Positions 9,497-20,262 of a stretch of DNA of 36,623 nucleotides are shown here, piece by piece; position 1 is the first letter of the stretch; each line of letters opens with the position of its first letter. The stretch lies in sequence record SRR20825019_2350. One strand, given 5' to 3'. Under the pieces are notes generated by a model. It searched no databases. It saw nothing but the letters and a program-made list of their open reading frames with translations, and was not told where the DNA came from. The position numbers and the translations under genes are program-made.

Positions 9497-10325
9497 TAAA
9501 CGAAATGTAATCTGCTGGATTCACAGCAACTTGATTGTACCACAATTCAAAATGAAGGTGCGGTCCATCGGTATTTTCGCCTGTATTCCCAACAATTGCA
9601 ATGGGATCTCCGAGTTGAACCTTATTTCCAATTTTCTTTAAAACTGTTTTAGCATGCTTACACACAGAAATAAAGTTCCCAGGATGTTCAATTATAATGA
9701 CATATCCATCCTTTCTAGAAAATCCAGAGTAAATAACGGTGCCTGCCAAACATGATTTAATTACCTCATCCTTGTTTGTTACCACATCAATTCCTGGATG
9801 CTTTTGCGCATCAAACCCTTGACTCACCACTCCAAGCAGCGGACTTCCAAAATAAGCCAAGTTCGATTTACCAGAGCTCGGTGTTCTTAAATCTTCCTTT
9901 ATTTTCTTAGCCAACTCTTTTTCCGCAGCCGATTGACTCGTATTTAATGTATCCACATTGAAACCTTTGAGTTCACCGACAGAATCTATCTTATTCGGCC
10001 CAGGAATTTCCCCTGAAATAATCGCACGAATGTTTTTAATGTAAAATTCCTCTTGATTTTTTAACCGATTACTCAAAGAGTCGAGTTGAACGCGCTGTGC
10101 TTCTAAAACACTTCGATCGACAGATCCATGCTCAGTCCTACCGAATAACCCACCGAAAAAATACGTCGCTAAAGAAGTTAACAGGATGAAAATCAATAAA
10201 ATCAAACTGGAAAGGCGAATTCGATTACTTTGAAAACTCCAAACTTCATCAAAGTTCTTCGGATCTGACGCTGAATACTTCAAGGTCTTATTCCATCTTG
10301 CTATTAATTTTCGATACAAATTCAT
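9486..10325 (-). CDS. M23 family metallopeptidase with N-terminal membrane anchor
   Basis: HPGID (HxxxD) and GPHLHFELW (HxH) motifs; one TM plus a coiled coil. Overlaps the MsbA-like gene's 3' end by 11 bp. Confidence 0.92.
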   Translation of the reverse strand: MNLYRKLIARWNKTLKYSASDPKNFDEVWSFQSNRIRLSSLILLIFILLTSLATYFFGGLFGRTEHGSVDRSVLEAQRVQLDSLSNRLKNQEEFYIKNIRAIISGEIPGPNKIDSVGELKGFNVDTLNTSQSAAEKELAKKIKEDLRTPSSGKSNLAYFGSPLLGVVSQGFDAQKHPGIDVVTNKDEVIKSCLAGTVIYSGFSRKDGYVIIIEHPGNFISVCKHAKTVLKKIGNKVQLGDPIAIVGNTGENTDGPHLHFELWYNQVAVNPADYISFTKK

Positions 10326-10469
10326 CAATACAAAACTGACGATTTAAACGGATTCGAGCAAATAATTGATAGTTTCAATCGTTAACAATCTATAAACGAA
10401 TTAAAATGGCTTGACTTTTGCATATTCAGAGCAAACGTTTTCACTAATTTTACGTCTAATGAAATAAGC

Positions 10470-12860
10470 ATGAGAAACTTATTACTTATTCTGGCTCTGT
10501 TTTTATCCCCTCTGATTTCATTGGGGCAACTTGTTACAAGTGCTGGTGGCTCTCCTGCAAACCTAGTACAGAACGTTCTTTTAGGTTCTGGTGTTACTGT
10601 TTCAAATATTAGTTTTAATGGATCCCCTGCGATGATCGGTCAGTTTGACGGTTCTGCGACCAATATTGGTTTGCCTTCGGGGATTGTTATGACAACAGGG
10701 ACCATCTACAATACAGGCGATGGGCCGCATGGACCGAATAATCAAGGTGGATCAGGTGTAGACAATGGTTTACCTGGATTCTCTTTACTTACGAGCATCG
10801 CTGGAAATCAAACATACGATGCAGCCATTTTAGAATTCGATTTCGTTCCATACTCAGATACCGTGCGTTTTAACTACGTTTTTGCTTCTGAAGAGTACAT
10901 GGAATATGTGAGCTCATCCTTCAATGATGCATTCGCGTTTTTCATTTCAGGACCTGGAATCCCTGGAGGAATTCAAAACATTGCCCGACTCCCAAATGGA
11001 AATCAGGTGACTATTAACAACGTAAATAACGGCGTTAATAATGCTGGACCATGTCAAAACTGTGCATTTTATACATATAATGGTACTGGATCTGACGGTC
11101 CATATAACTCTTCACCAGGGTATGTTCAATATGATGGTTTCACGAAGGTACTTACGGCAGTTTCGCAAGTACAATGCGGGCAAACATATCACTTAATTAT
11201 TGCCATTGCCGATACGGGTGACGGAATTCTTGACTCTGGAATTTTTCTCGAAGCGAATAGTTTATCGTCAAAAACACCTGTAGAGATAACACACACGATC
11301 TCTCAAAACTTATTTAACAATCCGAATATTATGGCGGAAGGCTGTGTTTCAACCACAGTAACATTAACCCGAGGTATAAACAATCTCGCTACGCCAATGA
11401 CGATTCCAATAAATGTATCTGGAACGGCCATAGAAGGAGTCGATTATACGAATATTCCAAACTCGATTACTTTTCCTGCTGGAGTGCAAACTGTTTCGTT
11501 CACGTTCAATGCAATCCAAGACGGAATAGCTGAAGGGCAAGAGTCTGTAACATTGACTTTCCCAATTATCGACCCGTGTGGAAACCCAAATCCCCTCGTA
11601 CTCAATTTATTTATCAACGACGTTGAACCCGTTGGTGTAACGATTACTGGTGACCCAATGCAATGCCCAGGTGATCCTGTAATACTCACTGCAAACCCAA
11701 CTGGAGGTGCAGCGCCTTACACTTTCCTTTGGAGTACGGGAGAAACTACCCAATCCATAACTGTTCAGCCTGGATCGACTACAACTTACTCTGTTAGTGC
11801 AACGGACGACTGTCTTAATCAAACTGCGACAAATACATTCCAAGTGGTTGTGCCTGTCTTTGCTCCATTAGTTTTAGACCCAACCCCGAACATCACGGAA
11901 ATCTGTCCGTATATTCCGGCGAAGATCTCTGCGAATCCAACGGGTGGTTCTGGAAATTATACCTATCAATGGTCTTCTCAATTCAGCTCAAACATTGGAA
12001 ATACAAACGAAATTACGGTTACACCTTCAACAACGACACTTTACACAGTTGTTGTAACGGATAATTGTGGAAACTCAGCTACGGGAACAGTTCTCTACAC
12101 AATTACGAGTCCGCCTCTCTTAATTACGATGTCGCCAAGCGTTGAAATTTGCCCAGGAGATTCGGTACTGATTGGTGTAACAGCAACAGGGGGATTTGGT
12201 CAGTATTTTTATTTATGGCCGCACAGTGGAGAAACAACTTCGAGTGTTTGGGTGAATCCTTATGAGACAACAACGTATGAAGTGATTGTTTCGGATGAAT
12301 GTCAAACATTTACGGTAGAAGGAACAACGGAAATTGTGGTAATAAGTCCAACAGCAAACTTCACAATAACGAGCGAAACGGTATTCAACAATCTTCCGAT
12401 CCAATTCCAAAACCTTTCATTAGATGCAATTTCTTATCAATGGGAATTCGGAGATGGCGGGCAATCTACCATTGTTCACCCATCGAATATTTATGCTGAA
12501 CCAGGGTTCTACACGATAACACTCGTTGCAACGGATGAAAAAGGATGTACGGATACAATTTCTAGACCGATAGAAGTAGAGGAAGAATGGTACATCTATA
12601 TTCCGAATACCTTTACGCCAGACGGAGACCGTTTCAACAACTTCTTCACAGCGAGCACTTACGGCATACAAACCATAGCAGTGAATGTATTCAATCGCTG
12701 GGGTCAGCTCGTGTTTACCTCTGAGGATCTAAACTTTAAATGGGATGGTTCTTTCGATGGACAAATAGTGCCCGACGGAACGTATACTTACAAAGTCTCA
12801 TTTACAACAAATTCGAGACGCAACCGAACGCTTGTCGGTCACGTGAATGTTCTCAAATAA
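10470..12860 (+). CDS. T9SS type B (gliding motility-associated CTD) protein with choice-of-anchor L, Calx-beta-like and PKD domains
   Basis: Signal peptide; 'DAAILEFDFVP...FNYVFASEEY.EYV...FNDAFAFFISGP...YDGFT...IADTGD...DSGIF'; PKD 'WEFGDG...Y..PG.YTITL'; C-terminal 'YIPNTFTPDGD...FNRWGQ...WDG...DGTYTY...GHVNVLK'. Confidence 0.9.
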   Translation: MRNLLLILALFLSPLISLGQLVTSAGGSPANLVQNVLLGSGVTVSNISFNGSPAMIGQFDGSATNIGLPSGIVMTTGTIYNTGDGPHGPNNQGGSGVDNGLPGFSLLTSIAGNQTYDAAILEFDFVPYSDTVRFNYVFASEEYMEYVSSSFNDAFAFFISGPGIPGGIQNIARLPNGNQVTINNVNNGVNNAGPCQNCAFYTYNGTGSDGPYNSSPGYVQYDGFTKVLTAVSQVQCGQTYHLIIAIADTGDGILDSGIFLEANSLSSKTPVEITHTISQNLFNNPNIMAEGCVSTTVTLTRGINNLATPMTIPINVSGTAIEGVDYTNIPNSITFPAGVQTVSFTFNAIQDGIAEGQESVTLTFPIIDPCGNPNPLVLNLFINDVEPVGVTITGDPMQCPGDPVILTANPTGGAAPYTFLWSTGETTQSITVQPGSTTTYSVSATDDCLNQTATNTFQVVVPVFAPLVLDPTPNITEICPYIPAKISANPTGGSGNYTYQWSSQFSSNIGNTNEITVTPSTTTLYTVVVTDNCGNSATGTVLYTITSPPLLITMSPSVEICPGDSVLIGVTATGGFGQYFYLWPHSGETTSSVWVNPYETTTYEVIVSDECQTFTVEGTTEIVVISPTANFTITSETVFNNLPIQFQNLSLDAISYQWEFGDGGQSTIVHPSNIYAEPGFYTITLVATDEKGCTDTISRPIEVEEEWYIYIPNTFTPDGDRFNNFFTASTYGIQTIAVNVFNRWGQLVFTSEDLNFKWDGSFDGQIVPDGTYTYKVSFTTNSRRNRTLVGHVNVLK

Positions 12861-12870
12861 TTGTTTTCTT

Positions 12871-13653
12871 TTATAGTGATTTTGTTCTTCCACCATCTAC
12901 AGGAACGTTAATTCCATTGATGTAAGATGCGCGATCGGATGCTAAGAACGCAATCGCTTCAGCAACTTCAGATGGCTCAGCAATTCGTTTCATAGGAGAA
13001 GCTTTTGCCATTGTTCCAAAAATATCCTCCACCGATTCATTGGTTTTAGTTGATTTTGCTTCGGCTATGCTTTGTAATCTTCCCGTATTGGTCGCTCCAG
13101 GTAAAACATTGTTTACTGTGATATTGAATTGTCCTAATTCGTTCGCCAACGTTTTACTCCAATTTGCAACTGCCCCACGAATTGTATTGGATACTCCAAG
13201 TCCGTCCAATGGTTGTTTAACGCTCGTTGAGATAACGTTTATGATTCTTCCCAATCCTAACTCAACCATTCCTGGATAAAGCGCTTGCACAAGAATATGA
13301 TTGCAAATAAGATGTTGATTAAACGTATCGATGAATTCTGAAACTTCCGCGTGAATAATCGGTCCACCTTTTGGTCCGCCAGAATTATTTACTAGAATGT
13401 GCACTTTATTACCTTCGCTTACGAATTTTTCGAGCACCACTTTAAGTTGTTCTGGTTGAGAAAAATCAGCCACAAGAAAACGATGATCTTGATTCGAATC
13501 ACGAGGAAGCTCTCCTACAAGCTCCTTTAACTTCGATTCATTTCTCGCGAGCAACGTGATTGTAGCCCCTCTCGATGCCATTAATTCTGCTGTTGCCCAA
13601 CCAATTCCTTGTGTACTTCCACAAATAAGTGCGTGTTTCCCTAGTAATTCCAT
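12871..13653 (-). CDS. SDR family oxidoreductase
   Basis: Rossmann motif CGSTQGIG, 'VNNSGGP', 'NNVLPG' and 'SYINGINVPVDGG'. The catalytic YxxxK is replaced by SNTIR. Confidence 0.92.
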   Translation of the reverse strand: MELLGKHALICGSTQGIGWATAELMASRGATITLLARNESKLKELVGELPRDSNQDHRFLVADFSQPEQLKVVLEKFVSEGNKVHILVNNSGGPKGGPIIHAEVSEFIDTFNQHLICNHILVQALYPGMVELGLGRIINVISTSVKQPLDGLGVSNTIRGAVANWSKTLANELGQFNITVNNVLPGATNTGRLQSIAEAKSTKTNESVEDIFGTMAKASPMKRIAEPSEVAEAIAFLASDRASYINGINVPVDGGRTKSL

Positions 13654-13716
13654 CTAAGTTTTTTGCGCTAAGTTAATAGATTTCGCTACTTTTTCTACCT
13701 TTATGATTCACTCAAA

Positions 13717-14250
13717 ATGTGTTTTATGTTAGCTCCTTTCAATCTTCAACAATGGATCAGTGATAATCGCGACTTACTGAAGCCGCCAGTTGGAAACAAA
13801 AACCTATTCGTTCAAGCGGGTGATTTTATCGTAATGATTGTTGGCGGGCCGAATGCTCGTAAAGATTATCACTACAATGAAAGTGAAGAACTTTTCTATC
13901 AAATTGAAGGTGATATTACGGTTCGAGTTCAAGAAAATGGCGCTGCAAAGGACATTATCATTAAAGAAGGAGAAATTTTCTTGCTTCCAGGGATGATTCC
14001 TCACTCACCTATCCGTGGAGAGAACACCGTTGGACTTGTCATTGAAAAAGTACGTCAGGGAACAAATATGACTGACGGCCTTATGTGGTTTTGCGATGAA
14101 TGCAATCATAAACTTCATGAATACAGATTTCCACTTGAGGATATAGAACGCGATTTTATTTCACGCTTTAGATCATTCTATGCTTCTGAAGATTTGAGAA
14201 CGTGTGATAACTGCGGCTATGTAATGGAAGTTGACGAACGATTTGTATAA
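13717..14250 (+). CDS. nbaC: 3-hydroxyanthranilate 3,4-dioxygenase
   Basis: 'LKPPVGNK', 'GGPNARKDYH...EELFYQ', 'PHSP' and rubredoxin-like CDEC/CDNC pairs. Alternative start at ATG 13726. Confidence 0.95.
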   Translation: MCFMLAPFNLQQWISDNRDLLKPPVGNKNLFVQAGDFIVMIVGGPNARKDYHYNESEELFYQIEGDITVRVQENGAAKDIIIKEGEIFLLPGMIPHSPIRGENTVGLVIEKVRQGTNMTDGLMWFCDECNHKLHEYRFPLEDIERDFISRFRSFYASEDLRTCDNCGYVMEVDERFV

Positions 14251-14257
14251 CATTTTC

Positions 14258-17200
14258 TTACCTCAACAGATTTACGTGTCCAACATGTAACTGCTCGTTT
14301 CCTTCGAAATCGGTCAGTTTCACTTTCCAGGTGTATGTTCCGTCTTGACACAATGCGCCCTGATATTTACCATCCCAACCGTCTTCAAGCTTACTAATGG
14401 TGTGAACCAATTCACCCCATCGGTTGAAAATGAGCATCTCAAACGTTGCAATATTTCCACCTTCCGCTTTGAAAATCGTATTTAAATTATTGTTTTCACC
14501 CGGCGTAAATGTATTCGGAATGTAGAGAACTGGATCATAATGAATTCGTATTGTATCACTTGCCGAACATCCATTTGCATCTGTGTAAGACACGGTATAT
14601 AAGAAATTCTGATTTGGCGATGCTGTTGGGTTCGTACACACCACACAACTTAGATACTCACTTGGATACCATGTAAACGGCCCAGGCGTAGAACTCGTAG
14701 CTCCCAATTGAACAACATCTCCAAGAAACGCATAAATATCAGGCACCGTTTGAATAAACGCTTTCGGGTACAAGTCCACAAAAACTGAATCTCGATCCAC
14801 ACATCCATATTGATCAGTTCCAATCACAACATACGTTGTAGGAACCGATGGCGTTGCAAAAACAATTTCGTTTGTGGATGAATTCAAAGAATTACTCGGA
14901 GCCCATAAATAACTTACTCCACCACTAGCTGTAAGGGTTGCTGTTTCTCCTGGACAAATAATTGTGTCCGACTCAGCATTAATCGTCGCCCAAACAACAT
15001 CAATGAAAACACTATCCCTCACTGTTCCACACGCATTCGTGAAATCGCAGTAATAGTAAGTGTCAGTCTGCGGATTCACAGTTACAACAGGACCTGTAGT
15101 TGGAGCAATATTAGAATTAGGCGACCAAGCATACGTCTGCCCACCCGAAACAGTAATTATTGCCGAACTTCCTCTGCACAGATTAATCAAATCTGGCATT
15201 ATCGGAATTGGAGGCGTATAATAGACGTCGATTTGCACAGAATCTTCAATTTCACAACCTTCCGCAGTCGTGACTAACACATTATAAGTGATATTAGCCG
15301 TAGGTGTACTTATTGGAGTTGCGCTATTAGGGTCGTCAAGGAAATCTGAAGGCGTCCATAAATAAGAAACCCCGCCCGAAGCAAATAAGGGTACATCATT
15401 TCCGATGCAAATACTCGTATCATTAGAGATCGCAATGTTGTTCTGAAATACAACAAGGGTAACATTAACCGTATCTATTCCACAGCTATCCGAAATAATT
15501 ACTTGAAAATCGGTTGTTTGATCAACAATTGCCGTTGGGTTAAAGACATTTGGATCGTCTAAAAACTGCGCAGGCGACCATTCGTAGAATTGACCTCCAT
15601 ACGCTTCAAATTGGAATGGCTCTCCTGGACAAATTGCAGGCGGCGGATCAACAACTCCTCCTTCAAACGATCCAATATAAATATCAAACTGAACCGAATC
15701 TGGTGTAAAGCATCCGTTGGTATCAGAAACGATAAGGGTTACAGTATACGTGCCTGGAGTTGTATAATAATGCGTAGGATTGACATCAGTTGATGTGGTA
15801 TTATCTCCAAAATTCCAAAAGAACGCATTTCCGTTTGCGCTATTATTATTGAAAATAACTGGATCAGGAATACAAACGATTGGAGTTGGGTTACTGATTA
15901 TCGCATCAATTTTACTTAACTCGAATTTAAAGCACGCCATATTACAATTCGGGCCTAAAGCCAAGTTGGAATAAGCTCCTGGAGTTGTGGTAAATCCATT
16001 TTGAACTCCACCACCACAAGAACCACAAACGGCATGGTAAATTCTTCCTGTTTTATCAAAACGACTTGTTCCACCATCCACATGGTTATATGCGGAACTT
16101 GTTCCCCCCATATATGTTCCATACTTAATCGTTCCCGCATTCTCGCTGAGTACAGCTATGTAGAAATTACTTCCGTTGGTTACCGCTTGATAAGCATCTG
16201 CCGTCAAAGGAAATCCATTTGTTGTAGAATTTAATGCTTGACTATACGTTTGGTTCAACTGTCCGCCCCATCCTGAAAGGTAGATATCATAACAATCTGA
16301 CACCAAGAATGCCGTTGGAGAAATCTCTACGTTTCCTGTTCCAGCGCCAATCATAGTGGTCCATTCAATCGTCGCTAAATTCGCATCGTATTTTCTTATA
16401 AATTGACCTGAGTTCGCTACACCAAAAGTCCCTGGAGTTACTCCCCAGTTGCTTTCAGATTGCCCTAAAACATACACCTTGTCATCAATATCCAATTGAA
16501 CAAAAAATGTTTGATCGTACTCATTCATTCCCATAAATGTTCCTGATAGAATTGCTCCAGTATTCCCATTCATTCTCATCACGTAACCGTCGGACTGACC
16601 GCCATTGAACGTCAAATCTTGACCGCTTGGAAACGCGAGCGCATTAGAACTTGTTCCTCCGGCTACATACACATTTCCATTCGATGCAATCTGAATTGAG
16701 TTACCTGATTCAATGCCTGAACCACCAAAATAAGTTGACCACAGAAGTGTGTTTAATGTAGGCGGCATCTTGAATACAACAGCATCCTGAGTACCTGACA
16801 ATGTTGTCTGAGTTGCCAATACCGTAGGGAAATCAACTGATTGGGTTGTTGATGTTATATAAACATTCTGATTATCGTCTAAGATTATTTCTCCTCGAAA
16901 CTGATCTCCATAATTGTACTTGAGGTTCGAAGTATTCATTCCATCTGCACCAGATCCTCCGACATACGTAGATGCAATAAGCGATGATCCATTCGCGGAT
17001 AAACGTGCGACAAATATATCTGCTCCTTGAGAAAAACCTAATCCATTCGATTCGCTTGATAAATTCGGTCCACCATTATAGCTATTGTCGAACGAAGCTC
17101 CAGCCATTGGGAAATTGCTAGACGAAGTAATTCCAAAAATAAATAGTTCACCGTTATCATTGGCAATCATACTATTGGGTGTTTCCGAACCATTTCCTCC

Positions 17201-18154
17201 TAAATAGGTAGAATAAATTAACGCCGTTCCAACATCATTAAACTTTGTGATTCCTATATCCACAGATCCACCACTATTGGTTGAACTGTAAGCGCCAGGG
17301 GTAACCGGATATGAACCTCCCGGTCCAAAAACTGTTCCTCCACCAAATAAATTTCCATTGATATCTGGCGTAGCAGACATTCCCCAATTATCCGATGAAG
17401 ATCCTGTAAAGGTTGAAAATGTAAGGTTAGGATCAATAATTAAACGACCATAATCGGGAATTTCTTCTTGGATATAAAAGGAAACTGTACTTCCTTCCAA
17501 ATGAAACTCGATTTCTACTTTTTGCTTTCCATTCGGGTATTCAACCCATGCTGTCGGTTTGGATTCTACAATATCACCAAATCGGGTTCCAATGACCAAA
17601 TCCCCGTCTTCGTTAAGACGAATCGTGTGTTGACCTTCATATTGAAACTTAATCTGCTTGTAATCGGAACCAGGAGCTACATCAAATGAATATTTTAAAT
17701 TTCCATTTTTTGTATCTAGCAATAAATCTACGCCAGAATAATATTCCTGCATTCGTACATTTTGATAGCTGTGCAGATTCGATTTCCACTTTGAACGATC
17801 TGTTCCCAATAAATAATTTCTATAAAAACTGGATGAATCACTGTGAGAGGCCACTCCCTTCCATGATGAACCAATGAATTTGGAGCGAACCACGTGAAAA
17901 TTGTATTCATCCACCTCGTCGTGCGAATGTGTATGTTCTTCTCCGTGATGTCCTCGAACTTTCTCTTTGGCGTCACTTAGATAAAAAAGAAAGGCATCTT
18001 TCTCGATAATCAACTCACCTAGAGCAAGTTCTATCTTGTATTCTATTCGATCATCCCATTGACCAGCATTTGGGTGCAGGAAGACATCTTGCGCAGTTAA
18101 ACGCAAAGAACTTCCCAAAACTACCAACAGTAGTAAACCACTCAAATGTCTCAT
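14258..18154 (-). CDS. T9SS type B protein with SBBP-like beta-propeller repeats and PKD domain
   Basis: Signal peptide; 'NAGQW' N-terminal domain; repeated '(Y/W)STY(L/F/V)GG.G.(E/D)'; PKD 'WNFGD...PTHYY..PGTYTVTL'; 'SY.W.P' Ig repeats; C-terminal 'YIPNTFTP...FNRWGE...WDG...DGTYTW...GHVNLLR'. Confidence 0.9.
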   Translation of the reverse strand: MRHLSGLLLLVVLGSSLRLTAQDVFLHPNAGQWDDRIEYKIELALGELIIEKDAFLFYLSDAKEKVRGHHGEEHTHSHDEVDEYNFHVVRSKFIGSSWKGVASHSDSSSFYRNYLLGTDRSKWKSNLHSYQNVRMQEYYSGVDLLLDTKNGNLKYSFDVAPGSDYKQIKFQYEGQHTIRLNEDGDLVIGTRFGDIVESKPTAWVEYPNGKQKVEIEFHLEGSTVSFYIQEEIPDYGRLIIDPNLTFSTFTGSSSDNWGMSATPDINGNLFGGGTVFGPGGSYPVTPGAYSSTNSGGSVDIGITKFNDVGTALIYSTYLGGNGSETPNSMIANDNGELFIFGITSSSNFPMAGASFDNSYNGGPNLSSESNGLGFSQGADIFVARLSANGSSLIASTYVGGSGADGMNTSNLKYNYGDQFRGEIILDDNQNVYITSTTQSVDFPTVLATQTTLSGTQDAVVFKMPPTLNTLLWSTYFGGSGIESGNSIQIASNGNVYVAGGTSSNALAFPSGQDLTFNGGQSDGYVMRMNGNTGAILSGTFMGMNEYDQTFFVQLDIDDKVYVLGQSESNWGVTPGTFGVANSGQFIRKYDANLATIEWTTMIGAGTGNVEISPTAFLVSDCYDIYLSGWGGQLNQTYSQALNSTTNGFPLTADAYQAVTNGSNFYIAVLSENAGTIKYGTYMGGTSSAYNHVDGGTSRFDKTGRIYHAVCGSCGGGVQNGFTTTPGAYSNLALGPNCNMACFKFELSKIDAIISNPTPIVCIPDPVIFNNNSANGNAFFWNFGDNTTSTDVNPTHYYTTPGTYTVTLIVSDTNGCFTPDSVQFDIYIGSFEGGVVDPPPAICPGEPFQFEAYGGQFYEWSPAQFLDDPNVFNPTAIVDQTTDFQVIISDSCGIDTVNVTLVVFQNNIAISNDTSICIGNDVPLFASGGVSYLWTPSDFLDDPNSATPISTPTANITYNVLVTTAEGCEIEDSVQIDVYYTPPIPIMPDLINLCRGSSAIITVSGGQTYAWSPNSNIAPTTGPVVTVNPQTDTYYYCDFTNACGTVRDSVFIDVVWATINAESDTIICPGETATLTASGGVSYLWAPSNSLNSSTNEIVFATPSVPTTYVVIGTDQYGCVDRDSVFVDLYPKAFIQTVPDIYAFLGDVVQLGATSSTPGPFTWYPSEYLSCVVCTNPTASPNQNFLYTVSYTDANGCSASDTIRIHYDPVLYIPNTFTPGENNNLNTIFKAEGGNIATFEMLIFNRWGELVHTISKLEDGWDGKYQGALCQDGTYTWKVKLTDFEGNEQLHVGHVNLLR

Positions 18155-18322
18155 AACGACCGAATTTACAATAAAAAAGCGACTTTCTCGGACTGATTCG
18201 TGAAGAACAAAGCCGTGTGAATCAAACGCTTATTACTAAATCGTTTATTTCTTAGAAAGGTTGCCACAAGTAAACAATAATTGTTCCAGAATCTTAAGAC
18301 TTACAGGTCGATTAATTATGCG

Positions 18323-18330
18323 TAAATTTG
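18323..18330 (+). promoter_or_regulatory. -7 element (TAAATTTG) for purF
   Basis: Exact TAnnTTTG match 23 nt upstream of ATG 18354. Confidence 0.65.
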
Positions 18331-18353
18331 CAGCGTAATTTAGCGTTTTTGTC

Positions 18354-20255
18354 ATGAGTGATCCGATTAAGCATGAATGTGGTATAGCACTGCTTCGATT
18401 AAAGAAACCTCTTCAATATTATGTTGACAAGTATGGAACAGCCCTTTACGGACTGAATAAACTCCACTTGTTAATGGAGAAACAGCACAATCGTGGACAG
18501 GATGGTGCAGGTGTAGCAAATATAAAGTTAGACATGCAACCTGGTGAGCGCTATATTTCGCGCTATCGTTCTATCGATAGTAAACCAATCCAAGACATTT
18601 TTGATTATATCAATGGTCGTTTTCAAACGATCGTAGATGAACAACCAGAGAAAATGCTGGATGTTGATTACCTGAAAAAAAATGTTGGTTTTACAGGAGA
18701 ATTGTTTTTAGGTCACCTGAGATACGGGACTTTTGGACGAAACTCTATTGAAAGTTGTCACCCATTTTTAAGACAAAACAATTGGATTACTCGAAACTTG
18801 GTTGTTGCAGGAAACTTCAATCTAACAAACGTTGACGAGTTATTTGATGTTTTATTAGACCTTGGTCAGCACCCGAAAGAGAAATCTGATACGGTGACGG
18901 TTTTGGAAAAAATTGGACACTTTTTGGATGTTGAAAATCAAGAAATGTTTGACCAATACCACAAACTTGGTTATGCAAATCCTGCCATTTACGAAATGAT
19001 TGGCGAAAAACTCAATGTTGAACGCATCTTGAAACGTGCATCTGAAGATTGGGACGGCGGATATGCAATGGCCGGATTATTTGGTCATGGAGACGCGTTC
19101 GTTCTGCGCGATCCATCGGGAATTCGTCCAGCATACTGGTACGAAGACGATGAAGTAGTGGTTGTAACAAGCGAGAGACCTGTCATCCAAACGGCATTCA
19201 ACTTAAAGCGCGAGCAAATTCAAGAGTTGAAACCAGGACATGCGTTGATTATTAAAAAAGACGGACACGTCGCTGAAACATTGATCAACACTCCAATGAA
19301 TGTTGCAAAATGTTCATTTGAACGCATCTATTTCTCACGAGGAAATGACGCTGACATTTATACAGAGCGTAAAGAACTTGGACATTTAGTTGTTCCGCAA
19401 ATTTTGAAATCGATTGATTACGATTTAGATAACTCCGTTTTTTCATTCATCCCCAATACAGCAGAAGTTTCTTTCTACGGGATGATCAAAGGATTAGAAG
19501 ATCATTTAAATCAGGAAAAAATAAAGCAAATTATTGCGCTTGGTGAAAAACCAAATCCAGAGGATATTGAATCTATTTTGCTCCAAAGAGCACGAATTGA
19601 GAAAATAGCGATTAAAGACGCCAAACTCAGAACGTTTATCACACAAGATGATTCTCGCGACGATTTGGTAGCGCATGTTTACGACATAACATACGGAAGC
19701 GTTAAGCGAAATCAAGATAACCTTGTTGTGATTGACGACAGTATTGTTCGTGGAACAACGCTGAAACAATCCATTTTACGCATTCTCGATCGACTCGACC
19801 CAAAGAAAATTGTTGTCGTTTCATCGGCACCGCAAATTCGATATCCAGATTGTTACGGAATTGACATGGCTAAAATGGGTGATTTTATTGCCTTCGAAGC
19901 GGCAATTCAACTTCTGAAAGATCGTGGAATGGAAAGCGTAATTGAGCAAACATATCGCCAGTGCCAAGAACAAGTTGCACTTCCAAAGGAGCAGCAGAAA
20001 AATATGGTTCAGCAAATTTATGCTTCGTTCACCAATGAAGAAATTTCCGCAAAAATCGCTGAGTTACTCACTCCGCCAGCAATAAATTCCGAGGTAGAAA
20101 TTATCTATCAAACAGTAGAAAATTTACACGTTGCATGTCCAAATAACAAAGGAGATTGGTATTTTACAGGGAATTACCCAACTGCAGGAGGAAATAAAGT
20201 GGTTAACAAAGCATTCATCAACTGGAAAGAAGGAAAGAACGAACGCGCCTATTAA
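18354..20255 (+). CDS. purF: Amidophosphoribosyltransferase (long Bacteroidota type)
   Basis: N-terminal HECG (class II GATase Cys), 'RGQDGAG', 'GHLRYGT', 'CSFERIYFSR', PRPP loop 'DDSIVRGTT' and 'YPDCYGIDM'. Confidence 0.93.
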   Translation: MSDPIKHECGIALLRLKKPLQYYVDKYGTALYGLNKLHLLMEKQHNRGQDGAGVANIKLDMQPGERYISRYRSIDSKPIQDIFDYINGRFQTIVDEQPEKMLDVDYLKKNVGFTGELFLGHLRYGTFGRNSIESCHPFLRQNNWITRNLVVAGNFNLTNVDELFDVLLDLGQHPKEKSDTVTVLEKIGHFLDVENQEMFDQYHKLGYANPAIYEMIGEKLNVERILKRASEDWDGGYAMAGLFGHGDAFVLRDPSGIRPAYWYEDDEVVVVTSERPVIQTAFNLKREQIQELKPGHALIIKKDGHVAETLINTPMNVAKCSFERIYFSRGNDADIYTERKELGHLVVPQILKSIDYDLDNSVFSFIPNTAEVSFYGMIKGLEDHLNQEKIKQIIALGEKPNPEDIESILLQRARIEKIAIKDAKLRTFITQDDSRDDLVAHVYDITYGSVKRNQDNLVVIDDSIVRGTTLKQSILRILDRLDPKKIVVVSSAPQIRYPDCYGIDMAKMGDFIAFEAAIQLLKDRGMESVIEQTYRQCQEQVALPKEQQKNMVQQIYASFTNEEISAKIAELLTPPAINSEVEIIYQTVENLHVACPNNKGDWYFTGNYPTAGGNKVVNKAFINWKEGKNERAY

Positions 20256-20262
20256 ATAAGCT

